59,820 bases of DNA from Clostridia bacterium (GCA_045655245.1 JAZOOX010000045.1:1-59820), one strand, 5' to 3'; shown: positions 28,882-38,908, counted from the first letter of the stretch. Notes: generated by a model from the letters alone, not told the origin. Program-made: numbers and translations.

Positions 28882-30310
28882 GTTGCGACTCTTTTCCAAA
28901 AGCAGTCTACGCAGTCAGATTATTTTCACTTACGCTTTGATTTTTGTGCTCTGTTTGGCGTTTATGCTGATTTATACCACCGGCGGAATCCAAAGCCGAC
29001 TGGTAACACGAAACAATGACGAAAGCCTAAAAAACGCCAATTTCCTGTCAGTTTTATCCGTAGAAAGTGTTCGAAACGGGAACTATAGTTCTCTCCCTAA
29101 AGATTTAGCATCTTTGGGGAGTATGCGAGGCACGCCGCATGTAATGGTTTTAAATCGCGAGTGCCGCATTATATACGATTCTTCCGAAACAGCACCGTTA
29201 ATCGGAAAAGTGCTTTTAGAGCCGGTCATTCTTTCTGCCTTGAAAGGACAAGAAAGCTCCTATACCGATTTCCGTGAAGAACATCGGTGGCAGACATTTG
29301 CCGCCGTACCCATTCGTACAGGCGATGAGATTTACGGTGTGATATACTTAACGGTGTTTGACACAGACAGCGGCGTGCTGATTGCCAGCACACAACAGTC
29401 TATCATTTTGATGGGAATTGCCGTCTGTCTTCTGTTGGTGTTGCTATCTGCAATTTTTGCGAATTGGTTGACACGTCCGCTTGTTTCGTTGACCAAAAAA
29501 ATGAAGGAATATCGCGGCGGTACAATAGAAACAATTGCTTTGCACGGAAGTTCTGAAATTGTCGCCTTAAGCCAGAGCTTTAATGAAATGGCCGAACGCC
29601 AGAACGATACTGATTTACGTCGCAGCACCTTTGTTTCAAATGCATCTCATGAGTTAAAGACACCACTGACTTCAATGAAACTCTTTGCTGACTCTATTCT
29701 TCAAATGCCCGAGTTGGATGGTGATATCGTCCGTGAATTCATGTCGGATATGACCAACGAGATTGACCGCTTGACGAAGATCATCGATGACCTTTTTGAA
29801 CTGACGAAAATGGATTCCACTTTATCTCCGTCGGCGGCTAAACCCCTTGATTTGAATGAGTTATTAAAAGGGATCATGAAGATTTTGCTCCCTGTTGCCC
29901 AAGAAAAAAAGATTGCCCTTCACCTTGAGAGCGAGGGGAGTCTTGAGGTAATCAGCGATTATAACCGGATATGGCATACGGTTTTTAATATCGTTGATAA
30001 CGGTATCAAGTATGCCGATGAAAGCGGAATGGTTTTGGTCCAGCTACAGCCTACCGACGACGGTGCTGTGGTGATGGTTTCGGATAACGGCGTAGGGATC
30101 CCGCAAGACGAACTTGGCAAGATTTTCGACCGTTTTCATCGTGTAGACAAGGCGCGGTCCCGTGATACGGGCGGTACGGGCCTTGGCCTTTCGATTGCCA
30201 AAAACTCGATCGAAATGTGCGGCGGACGTATTGAAGTAGAAAGCGAAGTGGGCGTAGGAAGCGTCTTTAAAGTGTATATTCCCAACGCGAAAACGGAGGA
30301 AACCGAATGA
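28856..30310 (+). CDS. Membrane sensor histidine kinase (HAMP, HisKA, HATPase)
   Basis: Two TM segments, H-box FVSNASHELKTPLTSM, N-box NGIKYA, and G-boxes DNGVGIP and GGTGLGLSIAK. The start is either GTG 28856 or GTG 28874. It overlaps the end of the regulator gene. Confidence 0.88.
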   Translation: MLAIISVNKLRLFSKSSLRSQIIFTYALIFVLCLAFMLIYTTGGIQSRLVTRNNDESLKNANFLSVLSVESVRNGNYSSLPKDLASLGSMRGTPHVMVLNRECRIIYDSSETAPLIGKVLLEPVILSALKGQESSYTDFREEHRWQTFAAVPIRTGDEIYGVIYLTVFDTDSGVLIASTQQSIILMGIAVCLLLVLLSAIFANWLTRPLVSLTKKMKEYRGGTIETIALHGSSEIVALSQSFNEMAERQNDTDLRRSTFVSNASHELKTPLTSMKLFADSILQMPELDGDIVREFMSDMTNEIDRLTKIIDDLFELTKMDSTLSPSAAKPLDLNELLKGIMKILLPVAQEKKIALHLESEGSLEVISDYNRIWHTVFNIVDNGIKYADESGMVLVQLQPTDDGAVVMVSDNGVGIPQDELGKIFDRFHRVDKARSRDTGGTGLGLSIAKNSIEMCGGRIEVESEVGVGSVFKVYIPNAKTEETE

Positions 30311-31221
30311 AAAAGCGGATCGTTATTATTACAATAATAGTTGCACTTTTGGCATTCAGCATCTTTTTCGCCGTGTTTTTGGCACAGCGAAATGATAATA
30401 AAACCACGCTATACTTCGCTGATTTAAACCGTGGAACTTTAAAAGCAGAGCTTAGGGAGATCGCATATGAAACGGAAGAAGAGTTGTTGAATCGTGCTTT
30501 AGAGGCACTCATCATCGGGCCGTCTCCGTCTTCTGAATGTGTGGGCTTAATTCCAAAAGGGACACAACTGAAATCAGTAAGTATTGATAACGATTGCGTT
30601 TTGATCGATTTCTCCCAACAACTATTAGCGGTTGATAATGATGTTGACCGTCTTTTGACGCGTTATTCTATTGTAAAAACGGTTTGCGAACTTTCGGATC
30701 AATTTGCATATGTACGATTGACCGTCGACGGCGAGCCCCTTTATGATAACTACGGGAACGGGCTGGGAATGATGAGTGTTGACGATACGTTTTTCGACGC
30801 TGTATCTACCGAACAAAAAAAAGTAAAGGCGATTTTATACTTCGCAGATTCCACAGGGCAAAATCTAGTAGCGGAAGAGCGGGAGGTTTCGGTCAAAAGC
30901 GCTGAAACGGTCGCGTTTGCAATTCTGCAAGAATTGATTGGCGGACCCGCAACAAAACAGTTGGTTGGGACCATTCCGTCAGGAACGAAGATCCTTTCTG
31001 CCGATGTAAAAAACGGCGTTTGTTATGTAGATTTTTCTCCAGCGTTTGTAGAAAAGCACGTCGGTGGTTCGACGGGAGAAATTCTGACTGTGTACTCGGT
31101 TGTAAACACCCTTACCGCTCTGGAGGGGATTGACAAGGTACAGTTTTTAATTAACGGGAAAACTCGCGAAATCTTTGGTAATTTACTGTTTTCCGAACCT
31201 TTTGTTTCGAATATTCGATAG
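30307..31221 (+). CDS. GerMN-domain (sporulation/germination) membrane-anchored protein
   Basis: N-terminal TM helix and two GerMN-like repeats (LYFAD...ALEALIIGPS...IPKGTQLKSVSIDNDCVLIDFS and LYFADSTG...ILQELIGGPA...IPSGTKILSADVKNGVCYVDFS). Confidence 0.8.
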   Translation: MKKRIVIITIIVALLAFSIFFAVFLAQRNDNKTTLYFADLNRGTLKAELREIAYETEEELLNRALEALIIGPSPSSECVGLIPKGTQLKSVSIDNDCVLIDFSQQLLAVDNDVDRLLTRYSIVKTVCELSDQFAYVRLTVDGEPLYDNYGNGLGMMSVDDTFFDAVSTEQKKVKAILYFADSTGQNLVAEEREVSVKSAETVAFAILQELIGGPATKQLVGTIPSGTKILSADVKNGVCYVDFSPAFVEKHVGGSTGEILTVYSVVNTLTALEGIDKVQFLINGKTREIFGNLLFSEPFVSNIR

Positions 31222-31232
31222 GAGGAGCCCCA

Positions 31233-31448
31233 ATGTACGATGAATTTGTAGAATGCCGATATTGTAAATTTGCAACTGTTTTGGCACACAGTTCCGCAGA
31301 AGTGCTTTGTGAAAAGCGCGGTGTGGTATCCGCGGGAGGAAAATGTAAAAAATTTGATTTAAATTTGCTTTCCATTAAACCGCCTGCAAGGAAACGCAGT
31401 ATCAACGATAAAAAGTCGAAGTTTAAGGCAGAGGACTTCAGTATATAA
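31233..31448 (+). CDS. Small Cys-containing hypothetical protein (71 aa)
   Basis: Strong RBS (taggaggagcccca ATG). CxxC...C...C pattern (CRYC, LCEKRG, GGKCKKF) and a basic C-terminal tail. Confidence 0.5.
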   Translation: MYDEFVECRYCKFATVLAHSSAEVLCEKRGVVSAGGKCKKFDLNLLSIKPPARKRSINDKKSKFKAEDFSI

Positions 31449-31457
31449 GGAGGTCCT

Positions 31458-31862
31458 ATGAAAACAAATTCGCTCAAAACGGTCCTATGGATTATTGCGG
31501 CCATCCTGCTCTTGGTGGTTGTTATTAACGGAGTTGTCAGTGGCTTGATGCAGCGACACGATGTTGTTTTGGACAATTATGCAGTTTCGGCCGATGGGAC
31601 CGAAATCGCTTTGAAAGTTTCAGTCCTGTCTTCTGCCGGATATGTAAGAGGATACAAAGACAATGGCGGCGGCGTAAAGCCGCATTACCTAACCTTTTAT
31701 TCAACCTTTGGCGGAATCAACAGTCGTCTTGGCGCAAATGATACCTTTACGTTGTCTCTGGGCAAAGATGACACCATGATTTATTTTAGCCGCCCCAATG
31801 GCGGGTATAAGCCGATCTTGAAGAAAAACCAAGACGGCAAGTGGGAAAGGGTTAAACCGTAA
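31458..31862 (+). CDS. Hypothetical membrane-anchored protein (134 aa)
   Basis: RBS taaggaggtcct, one N-terminal TM helix, and a beta-rich remainder. Confidence 0.55.
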   Translation: MKTNSLKTVLWIIAAILLLVVVINGVVSGLMQRHDVVLDNYAVSADGTEIALKVSVLSSAGYVRGYKDNGGGVKPHYLTFYSTFGGINSRLGANDTFTLSLGKDDTMIYFSRPNGGYKPILKKNQDGKWERVKP

Positions 31863-31896
31863 AAAAAGAACCTCGCAATGCGAGGTTCTTTTTTTA
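31861..31896. terminator. Bidirectional terminator
   Basis: gaacctcgc-aat-gcgaggttc hairpin flanked by A7 and T7. Genes on both sides converge on it. Confidence 0.85.
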
Positions 31897-34098
31897 TTCG
31901 CTTTCAGCAGAGAAGAAACCTAATTGATGCAAGCCGCGATCCTCATCAGTCAAAAAACGTCCTGATACAGGGATGGTCCGACCGCGGTAGTATTCCAAAT
32001 CAGTAAACTGATCCGCATCAGGGACCTTCATCTCAGTGATTAAAAGGTTCTTCTTCAGGGTCATTACCTGAACACCGATCGTGCTTTTCGTCGTCTTTTC
32101 GGGAATTAAAGATGAATTTACCAACAGAAGTTTTTCGTTGTTGCTGGTCAGTAAAAGATCGGTATCCTGCTCAATGTAAATAACGTTCACCAACGGCGAT
32201 GCACCGCCATATGCGTTAATCAGTTGTTTTCGGTTGGATTTTGTTGCGTAGGCACTTAAAGGAACTTTCGAGACCTTGCCATTTTCGAATGCAAAAAGCA
32301 AATGACCGTGGTAGTCTTTTGTAGGAAGCACAAACTTAACCAACTCGTCCGGTTGCATTTTCAACAGGTTGGGGAGGTACTCGCCGAGGCTACTTGCCTT
32401 ACAGTCTGGCAGATCTGCGATCCGTGCCTTATAAACCGTTTGCTTGTCGGTGAAGAAGAGAACCTCATCAACGTTATTGCATTCCCAGCTTTGCAAGATG
32501 CTATCACCGTCTTTTAGCTTTTGCTCACCGGCGGAGCGCAGGGAGGTCAACGGAATTTTTTTAAAATAGTTTTCCTTCGTAAAGAAAAGCTTTAACGGAT
32601 AGTCTTCAACAAATACTGCCTCGTTATATTCAACCGCGTAATCCTCATAAATGATTTCCGTCTTACGCGGTTTACCATACTTTTTGATGATCGCTTTTTG
32701 TTCTGCAGCAATCTGCTTTTTGATTTCGCGGTCACTTTCAATCAGTTTCTTTAAAGCGGCAATCTCCTCGATCAGTTTTTCGATATCGGCAGTACGCTTG
32801 ATTATATATTCCTGATTTAAGTTCCGTAATTTGATTTCAGCAATATACTCTGCCTGTTGTTGGTCGATATCAAACCCCCGCATTAGATTGGGAATAACAT
32901 CGCTCTCTAACGCGGTATTACGGATGATAGCAATGGCCTTGTCAATATCCAGCAAAATTTTTTCCAAGCCGCGTAGCAAGTGGAGTCGGCGTTCCTTTTG
33001 ATTGACATCGAAAACGGAAGCACGTCTAATGCAATCAATACGAAATCTGATAAAATGGTTTAAAATATCGCGAACACCCAAAACATAGGGAGAACCGTCA
33101 ATTAAAACATTAAAGTTACAACTGAAGGTAGTCTGCAGTTCGGTCATTTTCAGCAGTTTACTCATCAATTTTTCAGGATCGGTACCGCGTTTGATTTCCA
33201 GGGAAAGTTTAAGGCCCGCAATATCACTTTCATCCCGTGCCTCGTTAATTTCACGCAGTTTACCCGTTTTTGCCAACAAGGAAATCTTATCAATGATTGC
33301 TTCGATGGTTGTGGTATAAGGGATCTCGGTGATATCGATACAGCTTTGCTTTTTATCATAACGATATTTTCCGCGGAGTTTATAGGTACCGAGACCGGTT
33401 TCCATAATGCTACGGTGCTCTTTTTCGTCAAAAATCAGCTGGCCGCCCGTAGGAAAGTCAGGACCTTTTACGTATTCGTAAATATCCGCTTTTTCGTTTT
33501 TTAAGAGCGCAATGGTTGCTTCACAGATCTCGGTCAAATTATAACTGCAGATGTTGCTGGTCATACCGACTGCGATACCCTGATTGGGGTTGATTAAGAT
33601 ATTGGGAAAGGTTACGGGAAGCAAAGTCGGTTCTTTTAATGTTCCGTCATAGTTGTCCACCAAATCAACGGTGTTTTTGTCAATTTGATGGAAAAGCTCA
33701 CTGGCAATGGATTCCAATTTGACTTCGGTATAACGGGCGGCGGCAAAAGCCATATCCCGGGAGTACTTTTTACCAAAGTTACCCTTAGAATCAACCAACG
33801 GGTAGAGGAGTGACTCGTTACCGCGGGTCAGACGAACCATCGTTTCGTAGATAGCAGCATCACCGTGAGGGTTTAACTTCATAGTAGTGCCGACAACATT
33901 GGCCGATTTGGTACGGGCACCGTTTAACAATCCCATGGTGTACATCGTGTAAAGCAATTTCCGATGAGAGGGCTTAAACCCATCAATACCGGGAATAGCA
34001 CGGGACACGATGACACTGATGGCATAGGGCATATAGTTTGTTTCAAGGGTTTCGGTAATCGGTTGCTCGATAACCTGACCCAATTCTTGTTCTAACAT
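31894..34098 (-). CDS. Type IIA topoisomerase subunit A (ParC/GyrA family, ParC-like)
   Basis: 734 aa. YMPYAISVIVSRAIPGIDGFKPSHRKLLY, the catalytic Tyr context AAARYTE, and a beta-pinwheel C-domain. I saw no QRRGGKG-type GyrA box. Confidence 0.88.
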   Translation of the reverse strand: MLEQELGQVIEQPITETLETNYMPYAISVIVSRAIPGIDGFKPSHRKLLYTMYTMGLLNGARTKSANVVGTTMKLNPHGDAAIYETMVRLTRGNESLLYPLVDSKGNFGKKYSRDMAFAAARYTEVKLESIASELFHQIDKNTVDLVDNYDGTLKEPTLLPVTFPNILINPNQGIAVGMTSNICSYNLTEICEATIALLKNEKADIYEYVKGPDFPTGGQLIFDEKEHRSIMETGLGTYKLRGKYRYDKKQSCIDITEIPYTTTIEAIIDKISLLAKTGKLREINEARDESDIAGLKLSLEIKRGTDPEKLMSKLLKMTELQTTFSCNFNVLIDGSPYVLGVRDILNHFIRFRIDCIRRASVFDVNQKERRLHLLRGLEKILLDIDKAIAIIRNTALESDVIPNLMRGFDIDQQQAEYIAEIKLRNLNQEYIIKRTADIEKLIEEIAALKKLIESDREIKKQIAAEQKAIIKKYGKPRKTEIIYEDYAVEYNEAVFVEDYPLKLFFTKENYFKKIPLTSLRSAGEQKLKDGDSILQSWECNNVDEVLFFTDKQTVYKARIADLPDCKASSLGEYLPNLLKMQPDELVKFVLPTKDYHGHLLFAFENGKVSKVPLSAYATKSNRKQLINAYGGASPLVNVIYIEQDTDLLLTSNNEKLLLVNSSLIPEKTTKSTIGVQVMTLKKNLLITEMKVPDADQFTDLEYYRGRTIPVSGRFLTDEDRGLHQLGFFSAESE

Positions 34099-34112
34099 AT
34101 TAAAGCCTCCTA

Positions 34113-36101
34113 TTAGGAAATATCAGCCAAATCAAGATAGTCCTTGCCGCGTTCGGCAATCATTTCTTTTCTGCCTTGGATATTGTCGCCCAAAAGAAGC
34201 TCAAACATTTCCTGCGCGGCAACTGCATCGGAAGGAAGAACGCTGATAAGGCGGCGTGTTTTAGGATGCATGGTGGTAAGAGACATCATCTCGGGGTCAT
34301 TCTCGCCAAGACCTTTCGAACGCTGGATGGTATACTTGGTATCACCCAAGGCTTCTAAAATCTCGGTTTTCTCGCGCTCGTTATAAGCAAAATATGTTTT
34401 TTGCTTGGTGGTAATTTCAAAGAGGGGAGTCTCGGCAATAAAGACCTTTCGCTGTTCAATCAACGTTGGTACCAAACGGTAAAGCATTGTCAAAACCAAG
34501 GTGCGAATCTGGAATCCGTCAACATCCGCATCGGTACAAATTATTACTTTACTCCAGCGCAGAGAATTGATGTCAAACTCATTGATGTTCTTGCTATGCT
34601 TATTCCGTATCTCGACACCGCAACCCAATACTTTGATCAAGTCAGTAATGATTTCGCTTTGAAAAATTTTGTGATAATCCGCTTTTAAGCAGTTTAAGAT
34701 TTTACCCCGAATCGGCATGATCGCCTGGAATTCCGCGTCTCTTGCCTGCTGACAGGAGCCTTTTGCAGAGTCGCCCTCTACAATAAACAGCTCGCGCTTT
34801 GTGATATCTTTGGTTCGGCAATCGACGAACTTTTGCACACGGTTGGTCAGGGTAATGCTTTCTTTGAATTTCTTTTTGCTTTCGACACGAGCGCGTTCCG
34901 CTGATTCTCTGCTTCGTTTGTTGATCAACACCTGGTTGGCAATCCGCTCGGCATCCGCTTTGTTTTCGATAAAGAAAACCTCGAGATTACGGCGGAGGAA
35001 AGCGGTCATGCAATCCTGAATGAATTTGTTATCAAAGGACTTTTTGGTTTGGTTTTCGTAGCTCGCCTCACTGGAGAAGGTGTTGCTGACCAAAGCCAAA
35101 GAATCACTGATGTCTTCGAATGTGATCTTACTTTCCTTTTTATTGTACTTCCCGTTTTGCTTTAAGTAAGCGTCAACAGCAGAAACGAAGGCACTTCGTA
35201 CAGCTTTTTCCGAAGAACCTAAATGTTCCAGGAAGCTGGAATTGTGGTAATATTCCGTGAAGGCGGCGGTATTGGTAAAGCAAAAGCAAACCGAAATTTT
35301 AGCCTTATATTCGGGACGATCTTCGGAATCTCGCCCCTTGTCTTCGGTTTCGTAATATACGGGGAAGGTTAAGGTCTCGTCACCGCAACGCTTTTTTAGA
35401 TAGTCTTGAATGCCGTTGGGATAACAGAACTCGTACTGATCAAATTTCCCGGGCGCCGTTTCGTTGCGCAATACCAAGGTAACCCCCGCATTGACAATCG
35501 ATTGTTTTTCCAATACATCGAGATAGTATTCCAAGGGAATATCGATCTCTTTAAAAACAGTTTTATCGGGCAACCAGCGAATAGAAGTCCCGGTCTTTTT
35601 GGAGTTGGTTTCTTCTTTTTGGAGTCCGCCGACATTATAGCCCTTTTCAAAATGCAAGGTATAACGAAACCCGTTGCGTACAATTACAGCGTCCATATAT
35701 TCAGAGGCATATTGTGTTGCACAAGTACCCAAACCATTGGTTCCAAGACTGTATTCATAGGTCTCGCTGGTGTTTTTCTTATATTTACCGCCAGCGTAGA
35801 GTTCGCAGAAAACAAGTTCCCAGTTATAACGGTCTTCATTCGGATTATAATCAACGGGGATTCCGCGGCCGTTATCGGTCACTTCGATCGAATGGTCTAA
35901 AAAGCGAACCACTTCGATCCGTTTTCCGTATCCATCTCTGGCTTCGTCGATGGAGTTGGACAGGATTTCGAACATTGCATGTTTGCAACCTTCCAGGCTG
36001 TCGGAACCGAAGATAACCGCAGGACGGGTACGGACTCGTTCGGCGTCTTTTAACAGAATAATACTTTTATCATCGTATGTGTTGTTGGTTTTTGCTGCCA
36101 T
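34113..36101 (-). CDS. Type IIA topoisomerase subunit B (ParE/GyrB family)
   Basis: GHKL motifs (HAMFEILSNSIDEA, DNGRGIP, GTNGLG) and Toprim motifs (ELFIVEGDSA, ICTDADVDG). The ATG at 36101 follows RBS aagggtga; the listed start at 36164 adds 21 unlikely residues. Confidence 0.9.
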   Translation of the reverse strand: MAAKTNNTYDDKSIILLKDAERVRTRPAVIFGSDSLEGCKHAMFEILSNSIDEARDGYGKRIEVVRFLDHSIEVTDNGRGIPVDYNPNEDRYNWELVFCELYAGGKYKKNTSETYEYSLGTNGLGTCATQYASEYMDAVIVRNGFRYTLHFEKGYNVGGLQKEETNSKKTGTSIRWLPDKTVFKEIDIPLEYYLDVLEKQSIVNAGVTLVLRNETAPGKFDQYEFCYPNGIQDYLKKRCGDETLTFPVYYETEDKGRDSEDRPEYKAKISVCFCFTNTAAFTEYYHNSSFLEHLGSSEKAVRSAFVSAVDAYLKQNGKYNKKESKITFEDISDSLALVSNTFSSEASYENQTKKSFDNKFIQDCMTAFLRRNLEVFFIENKADAERIANQVLINKRSRESAERARVESKKKFKESITLTNRVQKFVDCRTKDITKRELFIVEGDSAKGSCQQARDAEFQAIMPIRGKILNCLKADYHKIFQSEIITDLIKVLGCGVEIRNKHSKNINEFDINSLRWSKVIICTDADVDGFQIRTLVLTMLYRLVPTLIEQRKVFIAETPLFEITTKQKTYFAYNEREKTEILEALGDTKYTIQRSKGLGENDPEMMSLTTMHPKTRRLISVLPSDAVAAQEMFELLLGDNIQGRKEMIAERGKDYLDLADIS

Positions 36102-36237
36102 TTTTTTCACCCTTTGCATAAATTTGCAGACACAATATATAGTTATTTTAACACAATCAACCACAAAATGTCAAGCAATCCTTGACAGTATGGTACAGCG
36201 GTTATATAATTAAAAATAAGGAAAGAGGTGCTTGAAG

Positions 36238-36843
36238 ATGTTCGAAAATTTTAAAAAACGCTGGGAGCAATTGGATTATGAGGTCTATCTTGCAGAAAAC
36301 AAAGAAAAATGCGCGGAGCTTGTTAAAACTTTGATTCCGAAAACCGAAAGTATTTCTTTGGGAGGTTCGGTCACTTTAGACCAAATGGAATTGGTAACAA
36401 TGTTTCGTACCGAAGGTTTTAAACTTCTTGATCGTTACGCCGAATTGAGTGATGCAGAACGCACCGAATGTTTCAAACGGGGGCTGACTGCCGACTGGCT
36501 GGTGACAAGTTCCAACGCCATTACCGAAGACGGCGAGATCATTAATGTTGACGGAACGGGGAACCGTGTCGCCCCGCTGATTTACGGCACACAGAACGTT
36601 TTAATTGTAATTGGCAAAAACAAGATTGTTCCGGATGTGACTGCAGGTTTGGAACGAATCCGCCGCGTTGCGCCCTTAAACGCCAAACGGTTAAATCGTG
36701 CAACACCCTGTGTTGTTGACGGTGTTTGTCACAATTGCAACAGCAAAGAGCGCATTTGTAACATGACCTCGATTATTCATAACGGTTATAGATTCCCTAA
36801 ACGGATTAAAATTATCCTGGTCAACGAGGCCCTTGGGTATTGA
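36238..36843 (+). CDS. LUD-domain (lactate-utilisation/YkgG-like) protein
   Basis: About 200 aa with SLGGSVTL, SSNAITEDGEIINVDGTGNRV and a C-terminal CxxC (CHNCNSKERIC). The ATG at 36238 follows RBS aaagaggtg. Confidence 0.7.
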   Translation: MFENFKKRWEQLDYEVYLAENKEKCAELVKTLIPKTESISLGGSVTLDQMELVTMFRTEGFKLLDRYAELSDAERTECFKRGLTADWLVTSSNAITEDGEIINVDGTGNRVAPLIYGTQNVLIVIGKNKIVPDVTAGLERIRRVAPLNAKRLNRATPCVVDGVCHNCNSKERICNMTSIIHNGYRFPKRIKIILVNEALGY

Positions 36844-36874
36844 AAAAAGAGACGAATCATTCGTCTCTTTTTTC
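36843..36874. terminator. Bidirectional terminator between the LUD gene and the orphan kinase gene
   Basis: agagacgaa-tca-ttcgtctct hairpin flanked by A6 and T6. It overlaps the last codons of the minus-strand kinase gene. Confidence 0.8.
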
Positions 36875-37843
36875 AATAGGAACATCTACCAGTATAAAGG
36901 CTACACGCTCTTTTATTTCTTCAAAACCGGAGGTCAACCGCGGAGCATTAAGGATGTTTTTCGATTCTTCGTCTTTGGGTATCGAAAACGTAACGGTTGC
37001 ACCCAAATCGACGTTGTTTTCTAAGCTTAAAACCCCGCCGTGTAATTCTACAATTTTACGAACCAGATACAACCCGATGCCCAATCCTTGCACGGGTTTA
37101 TTCAACGGATTTTCACCTTGCACATAGGCATCCGTCAGATGATATGGGTTGGGTGTAGAAAAACCAACACCGTTATCGGTTACGCGGAGCAAAACAGCGT
37201 CTTTTTCTTCGATGAGTGAAAGAATGATTTTGGGCGTTCTTTCCACCGGCGTCATTTTTATCCCATTGTTGATCAACTGCAATAGTGCGAAAAGAATCTT
37301 GTTTTCATCACACTTCACGGATGCAAAGGGCGAATGCACATCCAAAACAACGATCTCTTGCTCGTAGTAAAGGTTGATACTCTTTGTCAAAAGGGCGAGC
37401 ATCTGAGGAAGATCACAACAGGGCTTCGCATTAAGTTCCATTACCCCGTTACGAAAACTCATCTCCAGTGTGATTGACTGCAGTTTCTTTTTAAAAGTGG
37501 TAAATACGGTTTGGAAAAATGCGCTTTCTTCTTCAGGAAAAGCAATCTTGTCCAATCGGGTTTGCAACTGAAGGATAGGGGCAGACAACTCATGTTCGAT
37601 TTGCACAATGCCACCGATGCGTTCATGGTTCGGCAACGGAACCAGCTCCATCACCATAAGTTCACCGTTAGACATTATGACACGGGAAGTATGCGTGTAA
37701 ACAAGTGCGCCCGTCAAAACGGATACGTGTTTCCCTTTAGAAGAAACACCATTGTTGATTTGTAATGCCAGACTATTCTCGTCGAGTATAATTTCATCAT
37801 TTGCATACAAAACAACCGGAACGGAAAATTTGTCTAAATCCAT
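36857..37843 (-). CDS. Orphan cytoplasmic histidine kinase
   Basis: 328 aa with no TM segment. H-box IEHELSAPI, N-box LINNGIKM, G1 DNGVGF, and G2 GLGIGLYLVRKIVELHGG. No response regulator gene is adjacent. Confidence 0.8.
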   Translation of the reverse strand: MDLDKFSVPVVLYANDEIILDENSLALQINNGVSSKGKHVSVLTGALVYTHTSRVIMSNGELMVMELVPLPNHERIGGIVQIEHELSAPILQLQTRLDKIAFPEEESAFFQTVFTTFKKKLQSITLEMSFRNGVMELNAKPCCDLPQMLALLTKSINLYYEQEIVVLDVHSPFASVKCDENKILFALLQLINNGIKMTPVERTPKIILSLIEEKDAVLLRVTDNGVGFSTPNPYHLTDAYVQGENPLNKPVQGLGIGLYLVRKIVELHGGVLSLENNVDLGATVTFSIPKDEESKNILNAPRLTSGFEEIKERVAFILVDVPIEKRDE

Positions 37844-37904
37844 TTACTCACCACCTATAAATGTATTTTAACAAACCATCCGACAAATTTCAACATTTTT
37901 CGTA

Positions 37905-38744
37905 TTATATTTTCAACTTTTTAAAACAATAGGGGAGAAATCCTACCGCGCTAAAGACAATAAGGGAATAACGCAACGTATCGCAGAGAAGTGCGGGGAT
38001 AGTCAACAGTTTAAAACCGATGTAGATAGCAAGCAGGAACGAGATCCCCAGCATCAGCCGCAATGCTTTCCGGGTCATAGTGGCCGGGATCTCAAACTGC
38101 ACAAACCGTTTCTCGAACCAAGTTCCCAACACAAACGAACAGAGCCCTGAAAAAAGCATCACATATTCGTCAGAAGGGTGGGTGATTAAAAAAAGCGAAG
38201 ACAGTAAAATTGTCACGATATAAACGAAAACTTTGTTTTTGCAAAGTCTTAAAACGTAAATGCATACGACCGAGGTGAAAGCGCCGAAAAACATTCCTCC
38301 AAGCACATCGGTCAGATAGTGGACTCCAAGATAAACACGCGAGGCACCCATCAGGATGGTCAGGAGACATAAAGATAATATCAGGCATAGATTTTTGAAA
38401 TAATGGCCCAGCGTAACCGTGAGGTTAGACACAACCTGCGTATGCATGCTGGGGAATGAATAGCCGGGGGCGCTTTCTGTAGCCAACGAAACAACACCTT
38501 CCCGTCCAAAGGGGCGGGGGAGTCGGATACAGTCTTTTAAAAAGGTGCTGAAAAGCATGTTGGTAACGGCGATATATCCTAAGTTTTCACCCTTTTCTTT
38601 ATTAATGCACCAATAAACCATGGTAACTGCAATGATGAAAAATAAGTCAGTAAAATTCGCAAGAAGAATTGCAATTGCATCGAGCACGGGAGAAGAAAAT
38701 TGCTGAAGGAAAAGAATTGGTGCCAAATCTTCCAAAATTACCAC
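37905..38744 (-). CDS. PAP2-family membrane phosphatase
   Basis: Polytopic membrane protein with PAP2 motifs KDCIRLPRP, PSMH and SRVYLGVHYLTD. The start is uncertain: GTG 38744, or an in-frame TTG at 38735 that is better spaced from RBS gagaggtgg. Confidence 0.8.
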   Translation of the reverse strand: MVILEDLAPILFLQQFSSPVLDAIAILLANFTDLFFIIAVTMVYWCINKEKGENLGYIAVTNMLFSTFLKDCIRLPRPFGREGVVSLATESAPGYSFPSMHTQVVSNLTVTLGHYFKNLCLILSLCLLTILMGASRVYLGVHYLTDVLGGMFFGAFTSVVCIYVLRLCKNKVFVYIVTILLSSLFLITHPSDEYVMLFSGLCSFVLGTWFEKRFVQFEIPATMTRKALRLMLGISFLLAIYIGFKLLTIPALLCDTLRYSLIVFSAVGFLPYCFKKLKI

Positions 38745-38832
38745 CTCTCAATCGTTTTTATCAGTTTATCACAGAACTTTTTATTCCGCAATACATAATG
38801 TAGAGATTTGTCTCAAATAATACCAAAAAACC

Positions 38833-38862
38833 TTGACAAAGCAAGGTTATAGGTGCTATACT
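38833..38862 (+). promoter_or_regulatory. SigmaA-type promoter of the PFOR gene
   Basis: TTGACA (38833..38838), an 18 nt spacer, then the extended -10 TGcTATACT ending at 38862. RBS aggagg lies before the ATG at 38909. Confidence 0.6.
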
Positions 38863-38908
38863 TTTTAATTAGATAAATAATTATTTTAATATTTAGGAGG
38901 TTGTTTAC

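Noticed and set aside
35406-36213. Plus-strand ORFs (164, 100 and 87 aa) opposite the topoisomerase B-subunit gene.
   Set aside because: They are shadow frames of a motif-verified minus-strand gene.
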